NCBI GenBank assembly: GCA_040385685.1 | Contig: JAZKGW010000034.1 | Location: forward strand, 389 to 64,388 | Source: Verrucomicrobiota bacterium | GTDB taxonomy: Bacteria; Verrucomicrobiota; Verrucomicrobiia; Verrucomicrobiales; Akkermansiaceae | DNA length: 64,000 nt | Reading direction: 5' to 3' | Part shown: piece after piece, positions 10,899-20,958 of the stretch | Position numbering within the stretch: the first letter of the stretch is position 1 | Layout of the letters: every line of letters starts with the position of its first letter | The notes under the pieces: model-generated | Database searches by the model: none | Told to the model about the DNA's origin: nothing | What the model saw: only the letters and a program-made list of their open reading frames with translations | Position numbers and translations under genes: made by a program

Positions 10899-13800
10899 AT
10901 GAAAACTTTGGCCTGGATTTGCCTCGTCGCCGCGTTCGCGCATCTCAACCTCATGGCTCAAGACCCGGAAGCCCTCCGCGCGGAACGCGACCAGCTCACC
11001 GAGCGCGGCCTGTGGCGCGATGCGGTGAATTTCTACGAGGAAAGATTGTCGCCGATCTCGGATGCTGCATCCGGTTCCGATCTCTCCAAGGCCACTGAGG
11101 CTCTCGGCCGGCTGAACGCGTGGAAGGAATTTGACGGGCTCGTGGAGCGGGCGATTGCCGCGCATCCGGACAACGCGTCGCTGCTCACTTCGGCGGCGGA
11201 GGTCTATCGGCGCGCGCCGCATTCTGGCAGGATCATCGCCGGTGAGTTCGAGCGGGGCGGGGGAAATCGGTATGGCCGGGGACGCGTCGATGCCACCGAC
11301 GATTCGACCGCTTCCGCTGGCCAGGCGGTTGCCACCGGCTATCGGGATCACGTCCGTTCGCTCCAACTGTTGCGGGCTGCCGTGGTCAAGCAGGCGTCAG
11401 CCGCGGAGGGCATCCTCGCGTGGCGAGAAATGGCGGCGGTCTTCATGCAAAACGAAGCGTGGAAATTGCAAACGCTCACCCCGTTAGATGCACTGCCCGA
11501 ATGGGGCGAACCGGGTCCGGAAGGCGGCACGGAGGGTGCGCCGTGGAATGCTGATAGACCGGTGTTGTATGAGGTTCCCGCCTCGTGGGAAGCCGCTGCC
11601 AACGACGGCCAGCGCTGGCGTTTCGCTCTTGCAGAGCAGGCCCGCCTGAGCTCCGAAGCCGACATGGCTGCGGTGATGATTTCCGAGCGGGCAAATTTTT
11701 CCCGTTCTCAATTCGGCACGGAAACCCTCTCGGCTTACGGCTGGTGGCGGCAGCAGGATCCGGATAGCGCGAAGGGGATTCTCGAAATGGACACACTCAC
11801 CGAGGACGAGTGTCTGGCGAAAACATCCGATGGCGTGCGCCGTTTCACACTTCCCGCGGAGCATCATTTCATCGCGCTGTATCGTTCGATCCTTGACAAC
11901 AAGCTCGTGGGTGCCACCGCCGGCGACGCACTTGTCGATATCTTCCTCAACCGCCGCCAATACGACAAGGCCCGCGAGGTGCTCGAATCAACCATCGCGA
12001 AACACGGACCGGGAACCAACGACTCACGAAAAAAACTCCTCAGGCAAATCACGGGTAACTGGGGCCGCTTCGAGACTGCGGAAACGGTGCCCGCCGGCGT
12101 GAAGCCCAAGCTCCCGCTGGTGTTCCGCAACGCGCCGAAGATTGCTCTAACCGCCTCACCGGTGGACATGGACGCCGTCTTGAACGACACTCTAGCCTAT
12201 CTGAAGAGCAACCCGCGCGAACTCGATTGGCGCCGTCTCAATCCCTCGCAGATCGCGAGCCGCCTGATCGCGGGCGACGCCGCGAAATACATCGGCAAAC
12301 CCACGGCTAATTGGAACGTGGATCTCACCCCTCGCGACAAGCATCGCGACACCCGCGCCGATCTTGAAGTGCCGCTCGACCAAGCCGGTGCGTGGTGGAT
12401 CAGCGGCGACGTCGAAGGTGGCTATTCCTTCCACACGCTGATCTGGATTGTCGATTCCGTGCTCGTCCAAAACGACGTGGGCGGCAGGAAGCAATGGTGG
12501 GTCGCCGATGCCGCCAGCGGGGCACCGGTCGCTGGCTCCGCGATCCAATTTTTCGGCTACCGCGCGGTGAGTCTTGAGCGGAAAAATCCGCTGGAACGAA
12601 ACATCGAAATTCGCACTCAGGAGTTCGGCCGCACCACCGATGCCGATGGCAAGACCTTGCTGAAGCCCGGTGATTGGGATGAAAACTATCAGTGGCTGGC
12701 GATCGCCCGCAAGGAGGGCCGTGCGGCCGCGTTCTTCGGGTTCCGGCCCTATGGCATCGAAATGCCGCAACTCGAAAACGGCAACCGCGACCTCACCTAC
12801 GGCATCTCGGACCGCCCGCTTTATAAACCCGGCGACACGGCGCATCTGAAATTCTATCTGCGCAATGTCGGCTACTTCGCACCGGACGAGAACAAGTGGG
12901 CTAACAAATCCGGCACGCTCGTCCTCACCAATGGCCGCGGCGAGGAAGTCATGAAAATCGAAAAGCTCCGGACCGACGCGCTCGGCGCTGTCGAAAGCGA
13001 AGTTGTCATTCCCAAGGACGCGGTGCTTGGAATGTGGAACGCGACATTTCGAATCGGCGACCAGATCGCCGCGACAGTTAGCCTGAGCGTCGAAGAATAC
13101 CGCAAGCCGGAGTATGAGGTGAAGGTCGAGGCTCCCGACGCGCCGGTGAAGCTCGGCCACAAATTCACAGCCACTGTCAAAGCCACCTATTTTCATGGCT
13201 CGCCGGTTAGAAATGCCAGCGTCGAGATCATCGTCAAGCGCGGCTCGATCGGCGAGCGGTGGTTTCCTGTCTGGCGCTGGGACTGGCTTTATGGACCGGG
13301 CGCGTGGTGGAACGGCAGCGAGGCGAGTTGGCATCCCGGATGGAAAGACTGGGGCTGCATCCCGCCCCATCCGCCATGGTGGCAGGGCAACCGCTGGACA
13401 CCCGATGAACTCGTGATGAAGCGCAATGTCCCGATCGGTCCCGACGGCACCGCGAAGATCGAGATCGACACCGCGTCCGCGAAGGCAGTCCACGGCGACA
13501 TGGATGCGAAATACACCATCGAGGCCCGCGTCGTCGATGCCTCGCGCCGTGAAGAACGTGGCACCGGATCCGTCATCGCCGCCCGCAAGCCGTTCGAGGT
13601 CATCGTTTGGACGAATCGCGGCTTTGCCCGCGCCGGCGAGCAAGTGGAGGCGACCGTTTCCGCCGCGACGCTTGCCGGGAAACCGGTGGTGGGAGCGAAA
13701 GGCAAGCTCACGATTTTCAAACTAACTGGCGGTGAGGGCGGGCGCATCGAGGAGAAGGAAGTTCAATCATTTGCGGTCGAGACGGATCCCCAAGGCGAGA

Positions 13801-16800
13801 TCCGCCAGCGCTTTGCCGCGCCCGCCACCGGCCAGTACCGGCTGGCCGCGAGCCTCTCGTTCAAGGACGGCGAACCGGCGGAAGGGGCGACTATTCTCAA
13901 TGTCCAGGGTCCCGGCCGGGCCGAGCCTGCTGACTGGCATTTCGGCCCGCTCGAACTGGTCGCCGACAAGCCTTCACACGCGCCCGGCGATGTTTTGAAA
14001 CTCCGCGTCAACAGTGACAAGGAAAACGCCAACGTCTGGCTATTCCTCCACGTTGCCGGCAGTGCCGGAACCGAGGCCCGCCGCATCCAGCTCGATGGCA
14101 AGAGCCTCGAAGTCGAAGTCCCGCTCGATTTGCGGGACATGCCTAACATGTTTATCGAAGGCATCACCGTCCACGGCGCAAAGATTCATTCCGCGGTCCG
14201 CCAGATCCTGTTGCCCCCCGTTAGCAAGCTCGTCGAGGTCACACTCGAACCCGCGAAAAACCGGGTGAAACCACGGGAGACATCCGTCTTGCGGGTAACC
14301 CTGCGCGATGCCGAGGGTAAGCCTGTCACCGGCACGGCTGTTCTAGCTGTCTATGACAAGTCGCTCGAAGCGATTACCGGTGGCTCGAACGTCGGCTTGA
14401 TCCATGAAAACTTCTGGACTTGGAAGAACAACTATTACCCGGGAAACATTGCAGGTTCCGTCCCGGGTTCGCCGGGGAATCTGCTTCGCCCGAAAGTCAC
14501 GGGCATGCAATCGCTCGGCCGCTTCGGCGATGAAGGACGCTACCCGGCCCGGGCCAGTGGCATGGGTGGGGTGGGAAACAGGATGATGGAAAGCATGGCG
14601 GATGCCGCCGCGCCGATGTCCATGGCCGCCATGCCAATGGAGAGGAATGAAATGTCGAAGGACAAGGCGGGTGCTGCTGCGGGCGAGGAAGGGCCGGCTG
14701 CGAATCCCATCCTCGTGCGCAAGGATTTCGCGGATCTGCTAAAATGGTCCGGCGCGATCCAAACCGACGCCGAGGGCCGGGCCGAAATTTCGCTGGAATA
14801 CCCGGACAACCTCACCACTTGGAAAGCCCGCGTCTGGGTGTTAGGCAAGGGCACGCAGGTCGGCGAGGGCAGTGCGGAGATCATCACGTCGAAGGAATTG
14901 TTAGTCCGGCTGCAAGCCCCCCGTTTTCTCGTGGAGCGTGACGAATCGGTCTTCAGTGCGGTGGTCCAGAACGACCATGACTCGCCCAAGACAGTCAAGG
15001 TTTCGCTCGAACTCGATGGCAAGGAACTCGAAGCGATCGAAGGCGCACCGCAGACAGTGGAAATTGCGGCGAAGTCGGAAGCCCGTGTCGATTGGCGGGT
15101 CAAGGCGCTGAAGGAAGGTGAGGCGAAATTCCGCATGCGCGCGGATTCCGGCGACGATGGCGACGCGGTGGAACGCAAGCTGCCGGTTCTCGTTCACGGC
15201 ATGCTTCGTCAGGATGCTTGGAGCCGTACAGTCGAGCCGGGGGCGGATTCCACGAAGATCCAGATCGACGTGCCGGAGCAACGGCGGCCGGATCAATCGA
15301 AACTAACCGTCCGGTTTTCCCCAACGATCGCCGGTGCGGTGGTTGATGCGATTCCTCATCTCGCCAGTTATCCGTATGGCTGCACCGAGCAGACGTTGAA
15401 CCGGTTTGTGCCCGCCGTGATCGCGCAAAAGTTGCTCAAGGATCTCAAGATCAACCTCGGTGAAGTGAAAGCGAAGCGCGCCAACCTCAACCCGCAGGAA
15501 CTCGGCGACTCCGCCGAACGCGCGGCGCAATGGAAGCAGTGGCAGACGAACCCGGTGTTCGATGAAGTGGAGATGGAGAAAATGGTCGAGAAGGGCATCG
15601 AGAAACTGATGTCGATGCAGAACGCCGACGGTGGGTGGGGATGGTTTTCCGGTTACGGCGAGACTTCCTGGCCGCACACCACGGCGGTTGTCGTTCATGG
15701 CTTGTTAGTTGCCAGAAACAATGGGGCGAAAGTTCCGGAAGCGATGATCGATGCGGGCATCGCCTGGCTAACTGCCTACGAGCGCAAGCAAACCGCGGCC
15801 CTTCAGCTCCACGTCGAGCGCGAGGCGTTGCGCAAGGGAGGCAAGAAGATCAAGGACGACAACAAGTATGAGAAATGGAAGTGCGATGCGTTGGATGCGT
15901 TCGTCCGGATGGTGCTGGGCGAGGCGAAGCGCGACTCGGAGCCCATGCTCGCGTTTCTCTATCGAGACCGGGTCGATCTGCCGGTTTATGCCAAATGCCT
16001 GTTAGGTCTCGAACATCATCGCAAGGGCGACGAGGCTCGCCGCGACGAGGTCATGAGGATGATTTCCCAATTCCTCAAGCGCGACCCGGAAAACCAAACC
16101 GCCTATCTCGACCTCCAGAACACGAACTATTGGTGGAATTGGTATGGCAGCGAGGTGGAGGCCCACGCTTGGTATCTCAAGCTGCTCGCCGCCGTGAAGC
16201 CGAACGATGCCGACACCCGCGGGTTGGTGAAATACCTGGTGAACAATCGCAAGCACGCGACTTACTGGGAGTCCACCCGCGACACCGCGTTCGCGATTGA
16301 GGCCATCGCCAGCTATTTCAAGGCCAGTGGCGAGGACGCGCCTGAGATGGAGGTGGATGTCCTGCTCGACGGGAAATCGCTGCGCAAGGTTTCCATCAGC
16401 CGTGAAAACCTGTTCACCTTCGATGGCACGGTTACTCTATCAGGCGACGCGGTGACCACCGGCAAGCATGACATCGAATTGAGGAAATCCGGCAAAGGCT
16501 CGCTCTATGCCAATGCCTATCTGGAAGTTTTCACGCTGGAGGACAAACTCCGCGCCGCCGGTCTGGAGGTGAAAGTCACCCGCCGCATTTCGAAACTCAT
16601 CGCCTTGGAAAAGGAGACGGAGGTGCCCGATTCCACCGGACTTGTCACCAAGCAGCAGGTGGAGCGCTTCCGCCGCGAGCCGCTAACCGACGGTGCCAAG
16701 CTCGCGTCCGGCGACCGCGTGGAAGTGGAACTCGTCCTCGAAAGCAAGAACGACTATGAGTATCTGATTTTCTCCGATGCCAAGGCGGCCGGCTTCGAAG

Positions 16801-17039
16801 CGCTCGACGCCCTCAGCGGCTACGTCGGTGGCAGGGGCCTGAGTGCCTACATGGAGCCGCGCGACAAGACGGTGGATTTCTTCATCCGCGCCCTGCCGCG
16901 CGGGACGAACACCCTGCGCTATCAGCTCCGGGCCGAGGCCCCGGGGATTTATAAGGCGCTCCCCGCCACCGCGGAAGCGATGTATGCGCCGGAGCTGAGA
17001 GGGAATTCGGAGGATATCCGGTTGGAAATTTTAAAGTAG
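10899..17039 (+). CDS. Bacterial alpha-2-macroglobulin family protein (2046 aa)
   Basis: DRPLYKPGD, VEEYRKPEYEV, YPDNLTTW, thioester YPYGCTEQ, MQNADGGWGWF, AEAMYAPE. Confidence 0.94.
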   Translation: MKTLAWICLVAAFAHLNLMAQDPEALRAERDQLTERGLWRDAVNFYEERLSPISDAASGSDLSKATEALGRLNAWKEFDGLVERAIAAHPDNASLLTSAAEVYRRAPHSGRIIAGEFERGGGNRYGRGRVDATDDSTASAGQAVATGYRDHVRSLQLLRAAVVKQASAAEGILAWREMAAVFMQNEAWKLQTLTPLDALPEWGEPGPEGGTEGAPWNADRPVLYEVPASWEAAANDGQRWRFALAEQARLSSEADMAAVMISERANFSRSQFGTETLSAYGWWRQQDPDSAKGILEMDTLTEDECLAKTSDGVRRFTLPAEHHFIALYRSILDNKLVGATAGDALVDIFLNRRQYDKAREVLESTIAKHGPGTNDSRKKLLRQITGNWGRFETAETVPAGVKPKLPLVFRNAPKIALTASPVDMDAVLNDTLAYLKSNPRELDWRRLNPSQIASRLIAGDAAKYIGKPTANWNVDLTPRDKHRDTRADLEVPLDQAGAWWISGDVEGGYSFHTLIWIVDSVLVQNDVGGRKQWWVADAASGAPVAGSAIQFFGYRAVSLERKNPLERNIEIRTQEFGRTTDADGKTLLKPGDWDENYQWLAIARKEGRAAAFFGFRPYGIEMPQLENGNRDLTYGISDRPLYKPGDTAHLKFYLRNVGYFAPDENKWANKSGTLVLTNGRGEEVMKIEKLRTDALGAVESEVVIPKDAVLGMWNATFRIGDQIAATVSLSVEEYRKPEYEVKVEAPDAPVKLGHKFTATVKATYFHGSPVRNASVEIIVKRGSIGERWFPVWRWDWLYGPGAWWNGSEASWHPGWKDWGCIPPHPPWWQGNRWTPDELVMKRNVPIGPDGTAKIEIDTASAKAVHGDMDAKYTIEARVVDASRREERGTGSVIAARKPFEVIVWTNRGFARAGEQVEATVSAATLAGKPVVGAKGKLTIFKLTGGEGGRIEEKEVQSFAVETDPQGEIRQRFAAPATGQYRLAASLSFKDGEPAEGATILNVQGPGRAEPADWHFGPLELVADKPSHAPGDVLKLRVNSDKENANVWLFLHVAGSAGTEARRIQLDGKSLEVEVPLDLRDMPNMFIEGITVHGAKIHSAVRQILLPPVSKLVEVTLEPAKNRVKPRETSVLRVTLRDAEGKPVTGTAVLAVYDKSLEAITGGSNVGLIHENFWTWKNNYYPGNIAGSVPGSPGNLLRPKVTGMQSLGRFGDEGRYPARASGMGGVGNRMMESMADAAAPMSMAAMPMERNEMSKDKAGAAAGEEGPAANPILVRKDFADLLKWSGAIQTDAEGRAEISLEYPDNLTTWKARVWVLGKGTQVGEGSAEIITSKELLVRLQAPRFLVERDESVFSAVVQNDHDSPKTVKVSLELDGKELEAIEGAPQTVEIAAKSEARVDWRVKALKEGEAKFRMRADSGDDGDAVERKLPVLVHGMLRQDAWSRTVEPGADSTKIQIDVPEQRRPDQSKLTVRFSPTIAGAVVDAIPHLASYPYGCTEQTLNRFVPAVIAQKLLKDLKINLGEVKAKRANLNPQELGDSAERAAQWKQWQTNPVFDEVEMEKMVEKGIEKLMSMQNADGGWGWFSGYGETSWPHTTAVVVHGLLVARNNGAKVPEAMIDAGIAWLTAYERKQTAALQLHVEREALRKGGKKIKDDNKYEKWKCDALDAFVRMVLGEAKRDSEPMLAFLYRDRVDLPVYAKCLLGLEHHRKGDEARRDEVMRMISQFLKRDPENQTAYLDLQNTNYWWNWYGSEVEAHAWYLKLLAAVKPNDADTRGLVKYLVNNRKHATYWESTRDTAFAIEAIASYFKASGEDAPEMEVDVLLDGKSLRKVSISRENLFTFDGTVTLSGDAVTTGKHDIELRKSGKGSLYANAYLEVFTLEDKLRAAGLEVKVTRRISKLIALEKETEVPDSTGLVTKQQVERFRREPLTDGAKLASGDRVEVELVLESKNDYEYLIFSDAKAAGFEALDALSGYVGGRGLSAYMEPRDKTVDFFIRALPRGTNTLRYQLRAEAPGIYKALPATAEAMYAPELRGNSEDIRLEILK

Positions 17040-17191
17040 TGGCCTATTGACGGCTCCCCACCGTATCCATACCGGCACTTGTCAACTGCCTAACGCGATT
17101 TCTCCGAACGCACTGAATAAAAACTTTGGGTTGCACTCTTGGCCGGAGGGGGTCTGATAAACGGATGGAAAAAGGTGGCGCTGAGGGACAG

Positions 17192-19465
17192 ATGGGCATC
17201 AACGGGGTTGCCATGCCAAGGCGGATCGCCTTTGTCGGCGGCTATGAGCCGCGGCGTTGCGGCATCGCCACTTTCACGCACGACGTATGCGAGGCGGTGG
17301 CCGCGGCGATTCCGACGGCGGAATGCATCGCCGGGGCGGTGAATGATCGGGTGCAAGGCTACAAGTATCCGCCGCGGGTGCGCTTCGAGATTCTGGAAAA
17401 GGACTTGGATTCCTACCGCCGTGCGGCCGATTTTTTGAATTTCAACAACACCGAGGTGCTCTGCGTGCAGCACGAGTTCGGGATCTACGGCGGATCGGCG
17501 GGCAGTCATTTGTTAGCCCTGCTCAAGGAGGTGCGGATGCCGGTGGTGACGACCTTGCACACGGTCTTGCAGGAGCCGAATCCCGCGCAGCGGAAGGTGA
17601 TGGAGGAGTTGATCTTGCGCAGTGACCGGCTGGTGGTGATGGCCCGCAAGGGCGCGGAAATCCTGCGGGAAACCTACGATGTGCCGGATGCGAAGATCGA
17701 TGTGATCCCGCATGGGATTCCGGATGTTCCGTTCGCCGGTTCGGAGGAATCCAAGGCGCAGTTCGGGCTGGAGGGGCGCAAGGTGTTGCTGACGTTCGGC
17801 CTGCTAGGGCCGGGGAAGGGGATCGAGCATGTCATCGAGGCGCTGCCGGAAATCGTCCGGCGGCATCCGGATGCGGTCTATCTGATATTGGGGGCGACCC
17901 ATCCGCATCTGGTGGCGCGCGAGGGCGAGAGCTACCGGTTGGGCCTGGAGCGGCTGGTCGGTGACCGCGGGGTGCAAGAGCATGTGATTTTTTACAACCG
18001 CTTCGTTTCACCCGACGAGCTCACCGAGTTTATCGGCGCGACGGATATTTATCTAACTCCCTATCTGAACGAGGCGCAGATCACCTCGGGAACCCTGGCG
18101 TATGTGTTCGGTGCCGGCAAAGCGGTGGTTTCCACACCGTATTGGCATGCACAGGAGCTGCTTGCCGAAGGGCGGGGGCGGCTGGTGCCCTTCCGCGATC
18201 CGCAGGGCATTGCGGAAGGGGTGTGCGCGTTCCTGGATGACCCGGAGCTGCTGGAGCGGACGCGGGTGGATGCCTATCAGCTCGGTCGGGAAATGATCTG
18301 GTCCGCCGTGGCACAAAACTACCTGAAGTCCTTCCAGCAGGCGCGGGCGGATCGCAAGGCGCTGTCGCTGGTGACCACCACCGGCCGCGCGCTGGTCAGT
18401 CGTCCGGACAATCTCCCGCCGCTGCGACTCGACCACATCGTAAGGATGAGCGACGGCACCGGGATTTTCCAACACGCCACCTTCAACGTGCCAAATTTCC
18501 ACGAAGGTTATTGCACGGATGACAATGCGCGCGCGTTCATTCTCTGCAATCTTGTGGAGGAAACCGGCGACCTTGATCGCCACTCCACCAGCTACCTCGC
18601 GTTTCTGGCGGCCGCATTGGACTATCAGACGGGGCGCTTCCGGAATTTCATGAGCCATGGCCGGCAATGGCTGGAAGCTGCGGGCAGCGAGGACAGCCAT
18701 GCGCGCGCGTTGTGGGCGCTGGGCGTCGGCGCGGGACGTTCGCGCAATGAAGGTCACCGGCAGTTATGCGTGCACCTTTTCGAGCGCGGACTGCCGGTGG
18801 TGGAGTCGTTCACCTCGCCGCGGGCGTGGGCGTTCACGCTGTTAGGTATTCATGAATTGCTCCGAAGCCGCGCGTCCACCACGGCCGCCAAGGCCTGCCG
18901 CAAGGTTCTAACCGCGAAGCTGGTGGACCTTTGGCATGGTTTCGCCACGGAAGATTGGCCGTGGTTCGAGCCCGCCGCGACCTATGACAACGCCCGCCTG
19001 TGCCAGGCCCTGATCATGAGCGGCCGCTGGATGCCGGATCCCGAGGCGTTGGAGATCGGCCTCAAATCGCTGCGCTGGCTGGCCTCCATCCAGCGCACCC
19101 AGGCCGGCTATTTCCGGCCCATCGGCAGCAATGGTTTTTATTCGAAGGACGGAGCCCGCGCCGATTTCGACCAGCAGCCGGTGGAAGCGCAGGCGATGGT
19201 TTCCGGCTGTCTCGAAGCTTTCCTGAACACTCGCGATCCATTCTGGACGGTAGAGGCCAAGCGTGCTTTTGAATGGTTTCTCGGCCGCAACGATCTCGGG
19301 CTGCCACTTTATGACTCCACCACCGGGGGGTGCGGCGACGGGCTTCATTCCGACCGCGTCAACGCCAACCAAGGTGCCGAGTCGTCCCTCGCCTTTCAAT
19401 TGTCCCTCGCTGAAATGAGCAACGCCGACCAGTTGATCATCCCACCACCTCATTTTTCGTTATGA
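17192..19465 (+). CDS. GT4 glycosyltransferase fused to a C-terminal helical (glycosidase-like) domain
   Basis: PRRCGIATFT, QHEFGIYGG, LLGPGKGIE, TSGTLAY, STPYWHA; C-terminal YCTDDNARA and NQGAES; start could be 17165 or 17213. Confidence 0.88.
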   Translation: MGINGVAMPRRIAFVGGYEPRRCGIATFTHDVCEAVAAAIPTAECIAGAVNDRVQGYKYPPRVRFEILEKDLDSYRRAADFLNFNNTEVLCVQHEFGIYGGSAGSHLLALLKEVRMPVVTTLHTVLQEPNPAQRKVMEELILRSDRLVVMARKGAEILRETYDVPDAKIDVIPHGIPDVPFAGSEESKAQFGLEGRKVLLTFGLLGPGKGIEHVIEALPEIVRRHPDAVYLILGATHPHLVAREGESYRLGLERLVGDRGVQEHVIFYNRFVSPDELTEFIGATDIYLTPYLNEAQITSGTLAYVFGAGKAVVSTPYWHAQELLAEGRGRLVPFRDPQGIAEGVCAFLDDPELLERTRVDAYQLGREMIWSAVAQNYLKSFQQARADRKALSLVTTTGRALVSRPDNLPPLRLDHIVRMSDGTGIFQHATFNVPNFHEGYCTDDNARAFILCNLVEETGDLDRHSTSYLAFLAAALDYQTGRFRNFMSHGRQWLEAAGSEDSHARALWALGVGAGRSRNEGHRQLCVHLFERGLPVVESFTSPRAWAFTLLGIHELLRSRASTTAAKACRKVLTAKLVDLWHGFATEDWPWFEPAATYDNARLCQALIMSGRWMPDPEALEIGLKSLRWLASIQRTQAGYFRPIGSNGFYSKDGARADFDQQPVEAQAMVSGCLEAFLNTRDPFWTVEAKRAFEWFLGRNDLGLPLYDSTTGGCGDGLHSDRVNANQGAESSLAFQLSLAEMSNADQLIIPPPHFSL

Positions 19466-20919
19466 ACACCATCAATCTCAATCGTCACGACATCATGCTT
19501 CTACCGGAAAGCTCCCGCGTGCTCATCCGGCCATTCATTCCCGCGGAGGAGCATCGAGTCACCGCGATCATCGGTCGGGCGCTGGCGTTTACCGAGGAAG
19601 AGGTCCTTGATAAACTGCAGGGCGTGCATCGGGAGTTCGACTCCCGGCACTACGACATCGAGGATATCCTGTGGCAGTATTACCTCAAGGTGAGGCCCTG
19701 CATCACCTCCACCCAGCCACTGTCCCGCGCCCGGGAAATGTTGATTGGTGCGTTGTTTTCCGGTGAATACTCGCTGGAGTCGGCCGCCTTGTTTAATCCC
19801 TCGATCGTCCCGCATCCCGACCAAAGCAAGGTACCCAAGGGGGGGCTGCGGTTCGTGATGAGCCTGCGGGCGACCGGCGAAGGACATATCTCATCCATCG
19901 AGTTCCGCGCCGGCGTGATTTCCGCGAAAGGCGCGATCTCCCTTGATGCGGTTTCCCGCTATGTGACCCTGCCGGAAGTGGTGCCCAATCCCACCTATCG
20001 GAAAAAAAGCTTCATCCTCAAGTTTCACGAAATGGGCTTCGACAACGACTATGCCGCCGCCGTCATGGCACCCTTGGAAAACAAATTCACCCGCGACGAA
20101 CTGAACCAAAGCGTCGGCACCGTGCGGCACGAGAACCAACCCGGCAACCTCGACCTCCAGCGCACACTCGACTGCATCCAATGGCTCGCCGATTCGAACT
20201 ACGAACTCCGCTTCTCACCCAAGCTCGGGATGAGCGAGCGGATCATTTTTCCCGTTTCCGCCAATGAGAGCAACGGCATCGAGGACGCCCGCTTCGTCCG
20301 CTTCACCGAGGACGACGGCACGGTGATGTACTACGCCACCTACACCGCTTACAACGGTCGCGCCATTCTGCCCCAGTTTCTCGAAACCGAGGATTTCCTG
20401 CACTTCCGGGTGCTCACGCTCAACGGCGCCGCCGTCCAGAACAAGGGCATGGCGCTCTTTCCCCGGCGCATCGACGGCCGCTACGCCATGCTTTCCCGGC
20501 AGGACGATGAAAACCTCTTCATCATGTTTTCCGACAATCCCCACTACTGGAGCGACCCGCAAATCCTCATGCGTCCCGTCGAAGCGTGGGAGGCCTGTAA
20601 GGTCGGCAACTGCGGCTCGCCCATCGAAACCAAGGCCGGCTGGCTGGTCATTACCCATGGCGTCGGGCCGATGCGCAAATACTGTATCGGTGCGATCCTG
20701 CTGGATCTCGAGGACCCCACCAAACTGATAGGCCGCCTCAAGGATCCGTTACTGTCCGCCGAAGGCAATGAACGCGAAGGCTATGTTCCCAACGTCGTCT
20801 ATAGCTGCGGCTCGCTGATCCACGACAACAAACTGATCCTGCCCTACGCCATGAGCGACAAGGCCACCGCGATTGTTAGCGTGAACTTGGATGAGCTGCT
20901 AGCAGCACTGGTGGCGTAA
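19462..20919 (+). CDS. GH130-family glycoside phosphorylase/hydrolase with N-terminal extension
   Basis: GIEDARFVRF, YYATYTAYNG, NKGMALFPR, GNCGSP, GYVPNVVYSCG; ATGA overlap with GT4. Confidence 0.88.
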   Translation: MNTINLNRHDIMLLPESSRVLIRPFIPAEEHRVTAIIGRALAFTEEEVLDKLQGVHREFDSRHYDIEDILWQYYLKVRPCITSTQPLSRAREMLIGALFSGEYSLESAALFNPSIVPHPDQSKVPKGGLRFVMSLRATGEGHISSIEFRAGVISAKGAISLDAVSRYVTLPEVVPNPTYRKKSFILKFHEMGFDNDYAAAVMAPLENKFTRDELNQSVGTVRHENQPGNLDLQRTLDCIQWLADSNYELRFSPKLGMSERIIFPVSANESNGIEDARFVRFTEDDGTVMYYATYTAYNGRAILPQFLETEDFLHFRVLTLNGAAVQNKGMALFPRRIDGRYAMLSRQDDENLFIMFSDNPHYWSDPQILMRPVEAWEACKVGNCGSPIETKAGWLVITHGVGPMRKYCIGAILLDLEDPTKLIGRLKDPLLSAEGNEREGYVPNVVYSCGSLIHDNKLILPYAMSDKATAIVSVNLDELLAALVA

Positions 20920-20930
20920 GCGAATAGGGG

Positions 20931-20951
20931 GCATGGACGTCTCGTCCTTGC
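20931..20951. terminator. Short hairpin between convergent genes
   Basis: GCATGGACG-TCT-CGTCCTTGC. Confidence 0.4.
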
Positions 20952-20958
20952 GAATCGT

